DNA from: Geotalea uraniireducens Rf4
GTDB lineage: Bacteria > Desulfobacterota > Desulfuromonadia > Geobacterales > Geobacteraceae
NCBI RefSeq assembly: GCF_000016745.1
Contig: NC_009483.1
Coordinates: 4,080,001-4,112,000, forward strand
Length of the DNA stretch: 32,000 nucleotides
Direction of reading: 5' to 3'
The first letter of the stretch is position 1, and each line of letters begins with the position of its first letter. Under the pieces are notes generated by a model. The model saw nothing but the letters and a program-made list of their open reading frames with translations, ran no database searches and was not told the origin of the DNA. The translations under genes were made by a program, and so were the position numbers. Shown here in pieces: positions 8,249 through 21,739 of this stretch.

Positions 8249-9538
8249 ATGCTGACAAACGTGTCCAAGTGGTTACCTCTGTTGGTTTTGTTCTCTTTGA
8301 TTGCATTTTCATCTTCTTCTTGGGCCGGGGAAGTTGACATTCTGCTAAAGAAGCTGGTGGAGCAGGGGGTCCTCACGAAACAGGATGCGGATGGGATCAT
8401 TGAGGAGATGAGGCAGGAAACAGTCCGGCAGGAGAAGAAATCCCAAGAAGAAAAGAAGGCGGAGGACGAAGGGAAGAAATCGGCGGGCAGGGGTGGGGAC
8501 GCCAAGGAGATTCCGGCGTGGATCAAAAACACGAGCTTCATAGGGGATCTGAGGCTGAGGTATCAATATGACGATCGGGAAGATGACAATCTCGAGGAAA
8601 GGCACCGCGGCAGGTTCAGACTGAGAGCTGGTGCGGAAATGAAAGTGGCGGACGGGGTTAAAGCGGGTTTTGGCCTCGTTACGGGCACCGGCGACCCCCG
8701 CTCGACAACCATAACCTTTGAGAATACGTTCGAGAAGAAGAGTGTGAGAATCGATTACGCTTTCGCGGAGTACAAACCGGTCGATTGGTTGACCCTGACC
8801 GGGGGCAAATTCAACAATCCCCTCTGGCGACCTTCGGATTTCATGTGGGACGGCGATATGACGCCCGAGGGTGCGGCTGTGAATCTCCGCAGAGGGATCA
8901 TGCCCAATCTCGACATTTTTCTCAACACGGTTTTTTTCATCCTCGATAAGCAAAACAGTGGCAGCGATCCCAACATGATCGGCATTCAACCGGGGATGAA
9001 CTGGAAGTTCACCGAGGATGTCCACCTCCAGCTCGCCATGACTTACTATCTATTCGATGGGGTGAAAGGGCATACTCTGGAATTCTCCAGCAATACAAAT
9101 ACCCGGCTCAATGACCAGCTGAGGTTCGACTACGATGCACCTTCCGTCAGCGCAGAGCTTGGATTCAAGAACCCGTTGGGTTTAACGTTCATTCCCTACT
9201 TCGGCATCTTCGGCGAATACATCTACAACCCGGATCCCGATAACGACAATCAAGGATACGTGGCTGGTGCAAGGCTGAAGCATAATGAGATGAGTAAATT
9301 CGGCGACTGGATGTTCGAGTATTCCTATCGGCGGCTGGAGAAAGATGCCTGGCCCGATGTCTTTCCCGATTCCGACTTCCATGGTGGCGATACGAATGTC
9401 AAGGGGCATGAAGCCATCGTCAACTTCGCCTTATGGAAGAACATTTGGCTTGCCCTGGACTATTACCGGTCCCAGAGAATTGTCGATCTGAAGCAAAAGG
9501 AGAACCTCTTTCAGTTCGATTTCAATGTGAAATTTTAG
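8249..9538 (+). CDS. Putative outer-membrane porin
   Basis: The signal peptide is LPLLVLFSLIAFSSSSWA-GE. An N-terminal helical charged segment (LLKKLVEQGVLTKQDADGIIEEMRQE) is followed by an alternating beta-strand pattern. The C-terminus is FQFDFNVKF, with a terminal Phe. Confidence 0.65.
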   Translation: MLTNVSKWLPLLVLFSLIAFSSSSWAGEVDILLKKLVEQGVLTKQDADGIIEEMRQETVRQEKKSQEEKKAEDEGKKSAGRGGDAKEIPAWIKNTSFIGDLRLRYQYDDREDDNLEERHRGRFRLRAGAEMKVADGVKAGFGLVTGTGDPRSTTITFENTFEKKSVRIDYAFAEYKPVDWLTLTGGKFNNPLWRPSDFMWDGDMTPEGAAVNLRRGIMPNLDIFLNTVFFILDKQNSGSDPNMIGIQPGMNWKFTEDVHLQLAMTYYLFDGVKGHTLEFSSNTNTRLNDQLRFDYDAPSVSAELGFKNPLGLTFIPYFGIFGEYIYNPDPDNDNQGYVAGARLKHNEMSKFGDWMFEYSYRRLEKDAWPDVFPDSDFHGGDTNVKGHEAIVNFALWKNIWLALDYYRSQRIVDLKQKENLFQFDFNVKF

Positions 9539-9791
9539 CGCAGCTTTTACCTTCCATAATGGCCGTTTGGTCAACACCCGCCCCATCCATTCAATGGTGT
9601 GGATTTGCCCGATCATTCGGCGCGTGAAAAACACCCTTTTGCATTCTTCGTCAATCGTATAGAATATCGTTGCCGTCCACACAGAAACAATGGGCGGCGG
9701 AAGAGCGGGCTTTGTGCACGAAGTATTCGCTTTGCCGCCGTCTTGTTTGAGGCAACCATTTTACAGACGAGGTGAATCTTGCTCCTAAGTA

Positions 9792-10430
9792 ATGCCGGGC
9801 GATTGCTGATTGTGGATGAGGCCCCCAGTGGTGGCCCGCTCGCCCCAGCCAGTCCTGGTGGCCGGTGAATCGGGGACGGGAAAAGAGCTGATTGCCCGGG
9901 CGATCCATCGCCTCAACGGCTGCAGCGGAGAACTGGTTTCGGTGAATCTGGCAGGACTGGACGACACCACGTTCTCCGACACCCTGTTCGGACACAAACG
10001 GGGAGCGTTCACAGGCGCAGAGCAGCTGCGCGAGGGGCTGGTCGTCAAGGCGGCCGGTGGGCTTCTCTTTCTCGACGAAATCGGCGACATGGGGGAGCTT
10101 TCCCAAATAAAGCTGCTGCGCCTCATCCAGGAGCGCGAATTCTATCCGGTCGGATCAGACACCCCTCGCCGATGCGATGCACGGATTGTCTGCGCCAGCA
10201 ATAAAGACATCAAAAAAATGGTGGCAGCAGGCAACTTCCGTAACGATCTCTACTATCGCCTGAATGTACACCATGTGTCCCTCCCCCCCCTCAGAGAGCG
10301 GAAAGAGGATATCCCGCTTCTTTTGCAGCACTTCATACGCCACTCGGCAGAAAACCTGGGATTGAAGCCCCCGACCTATCCCAGGGAGCTGCCGGAACTG
10401 CTTTCGACTTACCATTTCCCTGGCAACATG
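9792..10430 (+). pseudogene. Sigma-54-dependent response regulator (NtrC-family EBP) remnant: receiver deleted, HTH missing
   Basis: A receiver-type start, GRLLIVDE (nt 9797-9820), runs after a frame change straight into the AAA+ domain. That domain carries Walker A GESGTGKE (9864-9887), GAFTGA (10002-10019), Walker B LFLDEIG and RNDLYYRL. It ends in FPGN at about 10427. Normal VRELEN, the rest of the AAA+ domain and the Fis-type HTH are absent. Confidence 0.7.
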
Positions 10431-10431
10431 G

Positions 10432-10755
10432 AGTTGTCTGTTATCCGGACTGGTCAAGGGAACCAACAACATCACGGTAACCGCCACTGACATTGCCGGA
10501 AACATCACCACCAGAAGCGCAGGCATAAACGTCATATTCCCCGACGGCAACCTGAAAGAGAAGGGAATCCCCGACATAACCGATGCCGTCAGGGCGCTGC
10601 GCATTGCGCTGGGATTAGCCGTTCCCTCCCCCGAAGAGCTTCTGCACGGAGATGTGGCGCCCCTTGTTGCGGGCGTACCGTCCCCGGACGGCAAGATAGA
10701 CGTTGCCGACGTTCTGGTCATTCTCAGAAAGGTGATCGGTTTGGCGAGCTTCTGA
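10432..10755 (+). pseudogene. 3' fragment of a large surface protein (Ig-like segment plus dockerin-like duplicated helix motif)
   Basis: This frame differs from the EBP remnant and has no start codon. It reads ..GTNNITVTATDIAGNITTRSAGINVIFPDGNLKEKGIPDITDAVRALRIALGLAVPSPEELLHGDVAPLVAGVPSPDGKIDVADVLVILRKVIGLASF, with the stop at 10753-10755. The two D-x-x-D/A..LR..LGL repeats look dockerin-like. Confidence 0.55.
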
Positions 10756-10793
10756 TCCAAAGGCCGGCAAGTGGATCTGTACTTCTAACGGAA

Positions 10794-10967
10794 CCTGATT
10801 ATAACCAATCTTCCGCACCATTCTTCTCCCCCTCCCTTGATGGGAGGGGGCGGGGGGGAGGGTGAAGAGGAAGTTCTTCAGAAACAGCAGATTGCACCCC
10901 CACCCCAGCCCTCCCCCATCAAGGGGGAGGGAGTTTTTGGGACTTTCGGAAGATTTGTTCTAATCGG
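10794..10967. mobile_element. MITE-like non-autonomous element (about 174 bp) with about 23-nt imperfect terminal inverted repeats
   Basis: The left end is cctgattataaccaatcttccgc (10794-10816). The right end is cggaagatttgttctaatcgg (10947-10967). They match at 18 of 23 positions when one is reverse-complemented. Two 9-bp G/C hairpins lie inside: ccccctccc/gggaggggg (10828-10850) and ccctccccc/gggggaggg (10909-10931). There is no coding capacity. Confidence 0.5.
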
Positions 10968-11003
10968 CAAATGGAATAAGCACCATCACCGGAGATTGCC
11001 ATC

Positions 11004-11165
11004 ATGACGAAAAGGAAATTTATGAAGTCATATCCAGTAATGCTTATGCTGATAAGCGCCGCAATCAGTGGGTCCCTGGCGTTTGGCACGGCGTGGGGTG
11101 CGGTCGTACCGCCTCCCGACTTGCTCCCCCTCAACCAGATGCCGGTCCCGGAACCTCCGGCGCCG
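11004..11165 (+). pseudogene. 5' fragment: signal peptide plus N-terminus typical of large cytochrome-c-peroxidase-like proteins
   Basis: A good RBS (ggaga) lies 8 nt upstream. The sequence MTKRKFMKSYPVMLMLISAAISGSLAFGTAWG-AVVPPPDLLPLNQMPVPEP is followed by translation with no recognisable character, ending at an in-frame TGA at 11244. Confidence 0.45.
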
Positions 11166-11353
11166 AAGAAGAGGTTGAATCCATCCTGCTGTTCAAGTGT
11201 GAGAGCCGTACCGTCACCACCCAGAAAGCGGTCGAACGGAGTCTGATCTGCAACGAGGGTAGCCTCGTACAACTGTATGGCAAGTCCCCAGAAGAGTGAA
11301 AAGTTCTCTTCCATCTGGGAGAAGCCATCCGGCGTGACCTGCACGGAGTTCCA
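11166..11353 (-). pseudogene. Inverted internal fragment of a di-haem cytochrome c peroxidase/MauG-family gene
   Basis: The minus-strand translation is WNSVQVTPDGFSQMEENFSLFWGLAIQLYEATLVADQTPFDRFLGGDGTALTLEQQDGFNLFF. It matches the CCP_MauG consensus region (..A..FE.TL.T..SPFDRYL.GD..AL...Q..G..LF) that precedes the second CxxCH. The CxxCH is absent, and homology stops at about nt 11165. Confidence 0.6.
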
Positions 11354-12086
11354 CAGTTTATTTGCTGCAGGAGCTGTTTCAGGCAACATCTTCACGCTCA
11401 ACGGGCCAAACGGGGGAGTAACGGTGAAAACTGCCTCTGCGGTCTTCCTGAAAGGGGGGAGCGCGGCGACCTCTGCCATCGTCACCGCAGGGGCAAGGCT
11501 GGAAGTGGAGGGTTCGCTTGACGCCAGCGGCGCCATCGTTGCCACCAAGGTGTCCATCGAACTGGACAAAAACTTCAGACTGGAAGGAAATGCAGCTGCA
11601 GGCGCATTTAACGCCACCGCCAACACTCTCAGGCTGAACGGCGTTACCGTCAACATCGCTGCAACCACCCGGCTTGAAGACAGCTCCAGTGGCTCAAATA
11701 CGGCCCTTTCCCTCTCCGGCATCGCAGCAGATGACCACCTGCAGATAAGCGGAATTGTCGATGCAGCAGGAACCGTGACCGCCTCTGAGGTGAAGAGAAC
11801 CAAGCCAAGCAGTTTGACGTTTATCAAAGGTCCGGTAACGCAGAAAACCGCCACCACCCTGACAATCCTGGGAATAAACGTCGATACGAGTTCCATAACC
11901 CAGGCATCGAATTTCGTCGACGAAAGAACCGGTATCAAGATCCCCGGCAGCGGTACCGTCGCCCAGGCCCAGGCTGCCTTTTTTGCCCTGGTCACGCCGG
12001 GAAGCTCGTCGGTGAAAGCCAAGGGAACCATCATCGGCACCGCCATGGCCGCCAGCGAGGTGGAACTCGAACAGTCCCTGCAATGA
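11277..12086 (+). CDS. DUF5666-type repeat protein lacking its own signal peptide (probably a 5'-truncated remnant)
   Basis: From about nt 11360 there are three to four repeats of the pattern G.V..(x)..F.L.G..V.....T.....G......G..LEV.G......G...A..V. Examples are NIFTLNGPNGGVTVKTASAVFLKG..ARLEVEGSLDASGAIVATKV and LRLNGVTVNIAATTRLED..HLQISGIVDAAGTVTASEV. The first 28 codons or so overlap the inverted CCP fragment. The ORF is in frame with 11004-11246 apart from one TGA. Confidence 0.55.
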   Translation: MASPQKSEKFSSIWEKPSGVTCTEFHSLFAAGAVSGNIFTLNGPNGGVTVKTASAVFLKGGSAATSAIVTAGARLEVEGSLDASGAIVATKVSIELDKNFRLEGNAAAGAFNATANTLRLNGVTVNIAATTRLEDSSSGSNTALSLSGIAADDHLQISGIVDAAGTVTASEVKRTKPSSLTFIKGPVTQKTATTLTILGINVDTSSITQASNFVDERTGIKIPGSGTVAQAQAAFFALVTPGSSSVKAKGTIIGTAMAASEVELEQSLQ

Positions 12087-12130
12087 TGCGGGCCGCCGTA
12101 CCGAAGCCAAGTTAACTTCAAAACTGGAAA

Positions 12131-12163
12131 GGGGTTACGGATAATTCCGTAGCCCCTTTTTTT
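12131..12163 (+). terminator. Rho-independent terminator after the DUF5666 ORF
   Basis: The stem is ggggttacgg/ccgtagcccc (10 bp with one G-U), the loop is ataatt, and a run of seven T follows. Confidence 0.7.
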
Positions 12164-12178
12164 CACATCTTCACAGTG

Positions 12179-12383
12179 TTGTCCGGTTAAGTTTTTGCAG
12201 TAAGGCTCAAACGCCCCAGAGGGGCGGTATGCATGTAGCCGGGGGATTCATCCCCCGGTTCAAAACATGAAAAATCCATCTCGTCACGTACGTGACGAGG
12301 TGAAATGGTGTCATTTGACCGGGGCATGAATGCCCCGGCTACCAGCATTCAGTCGCTACGCGACGTAAGCAAGAACCGGACAA
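12179..12383. repeat. Cluster of four to five different GC-rich palindromes bounded by a 10-bp inverted repeat
   Basis: The bounding repeat is ttgtccggtt (12179-12188) and aaccggacaa (12374-12383). Inside are cgcccc/ggggcg (12212-12226), ccggggga/tcccccgg (12239-12258), the perfect 20-nt palindrome ctcgtcacgtacgtgacgag (12280-12299) and ccggggca/tgccccgg (12319-12338). The cluster lies between two convergent genes. Confidence 0.6.
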
Positions 12384-12444
12384 TGCTGACATCTTCCCGG
12401 ATTTTATTTTGTCAGATTACAAGGCGTATCATATTATTAGGCTG

Positions 12445-14100
<1,656 letters not shown>

Positions 14101-14140
14101 GCCTTTCCCTCACTTGTTAGTATCGATGCTGTTAAAAAAG

Positions 14141-14545
14141 CTATACCCGAGGCGGCACGTTCTCCCTGACCCAGGCTGCGATAGCTTCGGTAGACGTGCC
14201 GGGAGTGAATATCTCACAGATGCCGGCGGCCTTGAGCCCCGGGATGTCGTCTTCCGGGATTACGCCTCCACCGAAGACCTTGATGTCGGCGGCTGATTTT
14301 TCCTGCAGCAACTGGCAGACCCGCGGCAACAGGGTATTGTGGGCGCCGGACAGGATCGACAGGCCGATACAGTCCACGTCTTCCTGAATGGCGGCAGCTA
14401 CGATCTGTTCCGGTGTCTGATGCAGTCCGGTGTAGATGACCTCGAATCCCTCATCACGAAAGGCGCGGGCGATGATTTTGGCCCCCCGATCGTGGCCATC
14501 CAGTCCCGGTTTGCCGACAAGTATGCGTAATTTTCTCTCTGCCAT
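14141..14545 (-). CDS. Methylmalonyl-CoA mutase, cobalamin-binding (small) subunit
   Basis: 134 aa. [23 protein letters not shown] carries the DxHxxG B12-binding motif. SILSGAH and FGGGVIP motifs are also present. It lies 40 nt upstream of the catalytic subunit. Confidence 0.9.
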   Translation of the reverse strand: MAERKLRILVGKPGLDGHDRGAKIIARAFRDEGFEVIYTGLHQTPEQIVAAAIQEDVDCIGLSILSGAHNTLLPRVCQLLQEKSAADIKVFGGGVIPEDDIPGLKAAGICEIFTPGTSTEAIAAWVRENVPPRV

Positions 14546-14677
14546 TACTAATATCCCCTTTGATCGTGATGAATTAACCTAAACCGAGAAGACGCACCAA
14601 AAGTAGGCGCTTCTAAGCGAAGTTCGCAAAGAATTCAAGCATTTATGTTTCTCTCTCTGTTGAAGTTTATTGTTTTC

Positions 14678-14701
14678 CTTTGCGTTCTTTGCGTCTTTGC
14701 G
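14678..14701. repeat. Three close copies of the heptamer ctttgcg
   Basis: ctttgcg occurs at 14678, 14687 and 14695, just downstream of the por stop on the minus strand. Confidence 0.35.
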
Positions 14702-14721
14702 GTTCAACTGCCGTTTCAGAT

Positions 14722-18294
<3,573 letters not shown>

Positions 18295-18325
18295 TATTTT
18301 GGTCTCCTGTGAAATATGTGGTTAT

Positions 18326-18429
18326 GTAGGGGCGGGGTCTCCCCGCCCTGGGTCTCCCCGCCCTTGTTGCATGGGCAAAAAAGGGCGGGAAGGCTCCGCC
18401 AAAAAAGGGCGGGAAGACCCCGCCCCTAC
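18326..18429. repeat. Composite GC-rich palindromic element (about 104 bp)
   Basis: The outer 14-bp inverted repeat is gtaggggcggggtc (18326-18339) and gaccccgcccctac (18416-18429). Inside, ggtctccccgccc occurs twice (18336, 18351) and aaaaaagggcggga occurs twice in the opposite sense (18377, 18401). Confidence 0.65.
18401..18425 (-). terminator. Intrinsic-terminator-like hairpin directly after maeB (a second, weaker one lies at 18377-18400)
   Basis: The minus strand reads gggcggg-gtctt-cccgccc followed by tttttt. The second copy reads ggcgg-agccttc-ccgcc followed by c and tttttt. Confidence 0.55.
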
Positions 18430-18440
18430 GGTACATCGGT

Positions 18441-20690
18441 TCAGATATTCTGCACATCCACCACGGCAATCGCCGCCATCTTGACAATGTCATCCACGCT
18501 GTCCCCCCGCTGCAGAACATGGACCGGTTTGTTCATCCCCATCAGGATCGGGCCGATCGCCTCGGCGCCGCCCAGGTGATGGAGCAGCTTGTAACAGATG
18601 TTGCCGGAGTTGAGATCGGGAAAGATCAGGATGTTGGCATTTGTCTTGAGCTTGGAGAAGGTGAAGCCTTCGAGCAGCTCCGGAACGACGGCCGTATCGG
18701 CCTGCATTTCACCTTCGACGATCAGCTCCGGCGCACGCTCCTTGACGATCTCCACTGCCCGCCTGACCTTGAGTGCCTGGGGATGCTTGACCGAGCCGAA
18801 GTTGGAGAAGGAGAGCATGGCGACCCGTGGTTCAAGATCGAGCATGCGCACTTTCTCGGCGGCGAGGATGGCAGTTTCTGCCAGTTCCTCGGCAGTCGGG
18901 TCAATGGTGACGGTTGTGTCGGCCAGAAAATAGACATCCTTCCTGGAAACCATCATGTAAAGACCATGAACGCTCGACAAACCTTGCTGCTTGCCGACAA
19001 CTTCCAGCGCCGGTCGGATCGTCTCGGGATAATGGGTGTCAATGCCGCCGAGCAGTGCGTCGGCGTCGCCCATCCGGACCATCATGGAACCGAAATGGGT
19101 GCGCGACTTGCGGCGCAGAATGCGTTGTGACTCGGAGAGGGTAAGCCCCTTACGCTGCCGAACCTGGTAGAGTTCCGCGGCATACTTCTCGGTCAGTTCC
19201 GAGTCGGCAGGATCGATGATCGGCACGTCCAGTTCGATAGCAAGTTCAGCCATTTTTTGCAGGATTTTGGTGCGGTCGCCGATCAGGACCGGCCTGGCGA
19301 TTCCTTCCTCCACCAGTTCCTTGGCGGCCCGGAGAATTTTCTCGTTTTCGCCTTCCGGGAAGACGATTTTCTTCGGATCGCTCTTGGCCTTGTTGATGAT
19401 CATGCGCATGATCTCTTTTGATTTGCCCTGGGTTTTCTCCAGATGCTCGATGTACTTGGCCATGTCTTCAATCGGCTGGCGGGCAACACCGCTGTCCATG
19501 GCCGCCTGTGCGATGGCCGGCGCCACGTGCAGGAGCACGCGCGGATCGAACGGCTTGGGGATGATGTAGTTGGGGCCGAATACGAACTTCTGGTTGCCAT
19601 AGGCCTTGCAGACGGAGTCGGGGCATTCTTCGCGGGCCAGCTTTGCCAGGGCCTTGACTGCGGCCAGCTTCATCTCTTCGTTGATGCAGGTGGCGCGCAC
19701 ATCCAGGGCGCCACGGAAGATGAAGGGGAAACCGAGGACGTTGTTGACCTGGTTGGGATAGTCGGAGCGGCCGGTGGCGATCATGACGTCGCTGCGGACG
19801 GCAAGGGCCGCTTCCGGTGTGATCTCCGGGTCCGGGTTGGCCATGGCGAAGATAACCGGATTGGGGGCCATGCTGGCTACCATCTCGGGGGTAAAGGCTC
19901 CTTTGACCGAGAGGCCGAACAGGACATCGGCCCCGTCGGCGGCCTCCTCCAGGGTGCGGAAGTGGGTGTCGGCGGCAAAGAGCTCCTTGTAAGGGTTCAT
20001 CCCCTCAACCCGCCCCTTGTAGATGACCCCCTTGGTGTCACACATGATCATGTTGTTCGGCTTAACCCCGAGGGCGATAGCCAGCTTGGCGCATGAGTTG
20101 GCCGCTGCGCCTGCCCCGTTTACCACAATGCGGATGTCTTCGATCTTCTTGTCAACCAGGTGCAGTGCATTCAGCAGTGCTGCCGAGGAGATGATGGCGG
20201 TGCCATGCTGGTCGTCGTGGAAGACCGGGATATTCATGGTTTTCTTGAGGGTCTCTTCGATGTAGAAACACTCCGGGGCCTTGATGTCCTCGAGGTTGAT
20301 GCCGCCGAAGGTCGGCTCCAAGAGCTGGCAGGCCTTGATGATCTCATCTGGATTTTCGGTGTCCAGTTCGATGTCGAAGACGTCGATGTCGGCAAAGCGC
20401 TTGAAGAGTATCCCCTTCCCTTCCATGACCGGCTTGCCGGCAAGGGCGCCGAGATTCCCCAGGCCGAGGACGGCGGTGCCGTTGGAGACGACGGCGACCA
20501 GGTTCCCCTTGGCTGTGTATTTGTAGGCATCTTCGGGATTTTGCTGAATGGCCAGGCAGGGTTCAGCCACGCCCGGAGAATAGGCCAGCGACAGATCGGC
20601 GGCTGTCTGGCACGGTTTGGTGGAGATTACTTCTATTTTCCCTTTACGCCCGATTGAATGATAGTCAAGGGCGTCCATTTTTTTGCTCAT
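18441..20690 (-). CDS. maeB: NADP-dependent malic enzyme with C-terminal phosphotransacetylase-like domain
   Basis: The N-terminal malic enzyme part carries [25 protein letters not shown] and the dinucleotide fold VVNGAGAAA. It is followed by a PTA-like C-terminal half. I prefer ATG 20690 (RBS ggggagaaag) over the TTG at 20705 used by the ORF track. Confidence 0.9.
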   Translation of the reverse strand: MSKKMDALDYHSIGRKGKIEVISTKPCQTAADLSLAYSPGVAEPCLAIQQNPEDAYKYTAKGNLVAVVSNGTAVLGLGNLGALAGKPVMEGKGILFKRFADIDVFDIELDTENPDEIIKACQLLEPTFGGINLEDIKAPECFYIEETLKKTMNIPVFHDDQHGTAIISSAALLNALHLVDKKIEDIRIVVNGAGAAANSCAKLAIALGVKPNNMIMCDTKGVIYKGRVEGMNPYKELFAADTHFRTLEEAADGADVLFGLSVKGAFTPEMVASMAPNPVIFAMANPDPEITPEAALAVRSDVMIATGRSDYPNQVNNVLGFPFIFRGALDVRATCINEEMKLAAVKALAKLAREECPDSVCKAYGNQKFVFGPNYIIPKPFDPRVLLHVAPAIAQAAMDSGVARQPIEDMAKYIEHLEKTQGKSKEIMRMIINKAKSDPKKIVFPEGENEKILRAAKELVEEGIARPVLIGDRTKILQKMAELAIELDVPIIDPADSELTEKYAAELYQVRQRKGLTLSESQRILRRKSRTHFGSMMVRMGDADALLGGIDTHYPETIRPALEVVGKQQGLSSVHGLYMMVSRKDVYFLADTTVTIDPTAEELAETAILAAEKVRMLDLEPRVAMLSFSNFGSVKHPQALKVRRAVEIVKERAPELIVEGEMQADTAVVPELLEGFTFSKLKTNANILIFPDLNSGNICYKLLHHLGGAEAIGPILMGMNKPVHVLQRGDSVDDIVKMAAIAVVDVQNI

Positions 20691-20746
20691 ATGCTTTCTC
20701 CCCAATCGTTATTTTTGTAAAATCTTGCCTAATATAGAGGCATTTC

Positions 20747-20840
20747 ATAACTCCCCCCAGCCCCCTCTTAACTTAAGAGGGGGGACAACCGCGTGATTTT
20801 CTCCTCCCCTTAAGTTAAGGGGAGGTCGGGAGGGGTTATG
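20747..20840. repeat. About 90-nt double-hairpin intergenic repeat, copy 1
   Basis: Hairpins are cccctcttaa/ttaagagggg and cctccccttaa/ttaaggggagg. It ends in ...ctcctccccttaagttaaggggaggtcgggaggggttatg (20840). It is the reverse complement of the element at 26002-26085. Confidence 0.7.
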
Positions 20841-20854
20841 TGGCTGGGCCTGCC

Positions 20855-21727
20855 TTACGGCTTATAGATCTTCAACAGCGCCTGGGCCATCTCGGCCGGA
20901 CTGGCCGCAACGCTGATGCCGCACTCTTCCAGCACCGCCACCTTTTCCGTTGCCGTGCCCTTGCCGCCGGAGATGATCGCCCCGGCATGCCCCATGCGCT
21001 TGCCGGGAGGGGCGGTGACCCCGGCGATGTAGGCCGCCACCGGCTTGGTCATGTGCTCTTTTACGAAGTAGGCCCCCTCTTCCTCGGAGGTGCCGCCGAT
21101 CTCGCCGATCATGATGACTGCTTCGGTGTCCGGGTCTGCCTCGAACATCTTTAGTACGTCCAGGTGATTGGTGCCGTTGACCGGATCTCCGCCGATGCCG
21201 ACACAGGTGGACTGGCCGAGCCCGAGGCTGGTCAGCTGCCAGACTGCTTCGTAGGTCAGGGTGCCGCTTCTGGAGACGACGCCGATTTTGCCGGGTTTGT
21301 GGATATAGCCGGGCATGATGCCGATCTTGCACTGGCCGGGGGTGATGACGCCGGGGCAGTTGGGACCGACCAGACGGGTCTTTTTCCCCTTCATGTACTG
21401 CTTGACTTTGACCATGTCCAGGACGGGGATGCCTTCGGTGATGCAGCAGACCAGTTCGATGCCGGCGTCGACTGCTTCCATGATGGAGTCGGCGGCAAAG
21501 GGTGGCGGGACGTAGATGACGGAGGCGGTGGCGCCGGTTTGCAGAACGGCCTCCCTGACCGTGTCGTATACGGGAAAGCCGTCTATGGTTGTGCCCCCCT
21601 TGCCGGGGGTTACGCCGCCGACCATCTGTGTGCCGTATTCGCGGGCTCCCTGCGCATGAAACAGGCCGGTGGCGCCGGTGATCCCCTGGGTGATGACCTT
21701 GGTGTCTTTGTTGATCAGAATGCTCAT
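20855..21727 (-). CDS. sucD: Succinyl-CoA synthetase alpha subunit
   Basis: 290 aa. It starts [18 protein letters not shown], has the CoA-binding fold and carries the phosphohistidine loop [11 protein letters not shown]. Confidence 0.95.
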   Translation of the reverse strand: MSILINKDTKVITQGITGATGLFHAQGAREYGTQMVGGVTPGKGGTTIDGFPVYDTVREAVLQTGATASVIYVPPPFAADSIMEAVDAGIELVCCITEGIPVLDMVKVKQYMKGKKTRLVGPNCPGVITPGQCKIGIMPGYIHKPGKIGVVSRSGTLTYEAVWQLTSLGLGQSTCVGIGGDPVNGTNHLDVLKMFEADPDTEAVIMIGEIGGTSEEEGAYFVKEHMTKPVAAYIAGVTAPPGKRMGHAGAIISGGKGTATEKVAVLEECGISVAASPAEMAQALLKIYKP

Positions 21728-21739
21728 TGCTCTCTCTCC

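Noticed and set aside
9540-9790. Possible RelE/ParE-like toxin remnant on the minus strand (..HCFCVDGNDILY / TIDEECKRVFFTRRMIGQ) between the porin and the EBP remnant
   Set aside because: The resemblance to the ..YRI.Y.IDDE...V.I..I.HR toxin pattern is weak and needs a frameshift. There is no antitoxin partner or start signal. I cannot support it without a profile search.
11244-11246. In-frame TGA joining ORFs 11004-11246 and 11277-12086, considered as selenocysteine or programmed readthrough
   Set aside because: The codon lies inside the segment whose real coding signal is on the opposite strand. The flanking plus-frame translation has no homology, and I see no SECIS-like hairpin immediately downstream.
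10919-12166. 415-aa minus-strand ORF
   Set aside because: Only residues encoded by about 11353-11166 show real homology (the CCP/MauG fragment). The rest is antisense to the DUF5666 repeats or runs through the plus-strand signal peptide and the MITE. It is not a gene as a whole.
14546-14721. Cobalamin riboswitch upstream of the B12-dependent mutase genes
   Set aside because: No B12-box-like sequence or the characteristic conserved stems are visible. The region holds only ctttgcg heptamers and an imperfect hairpin.
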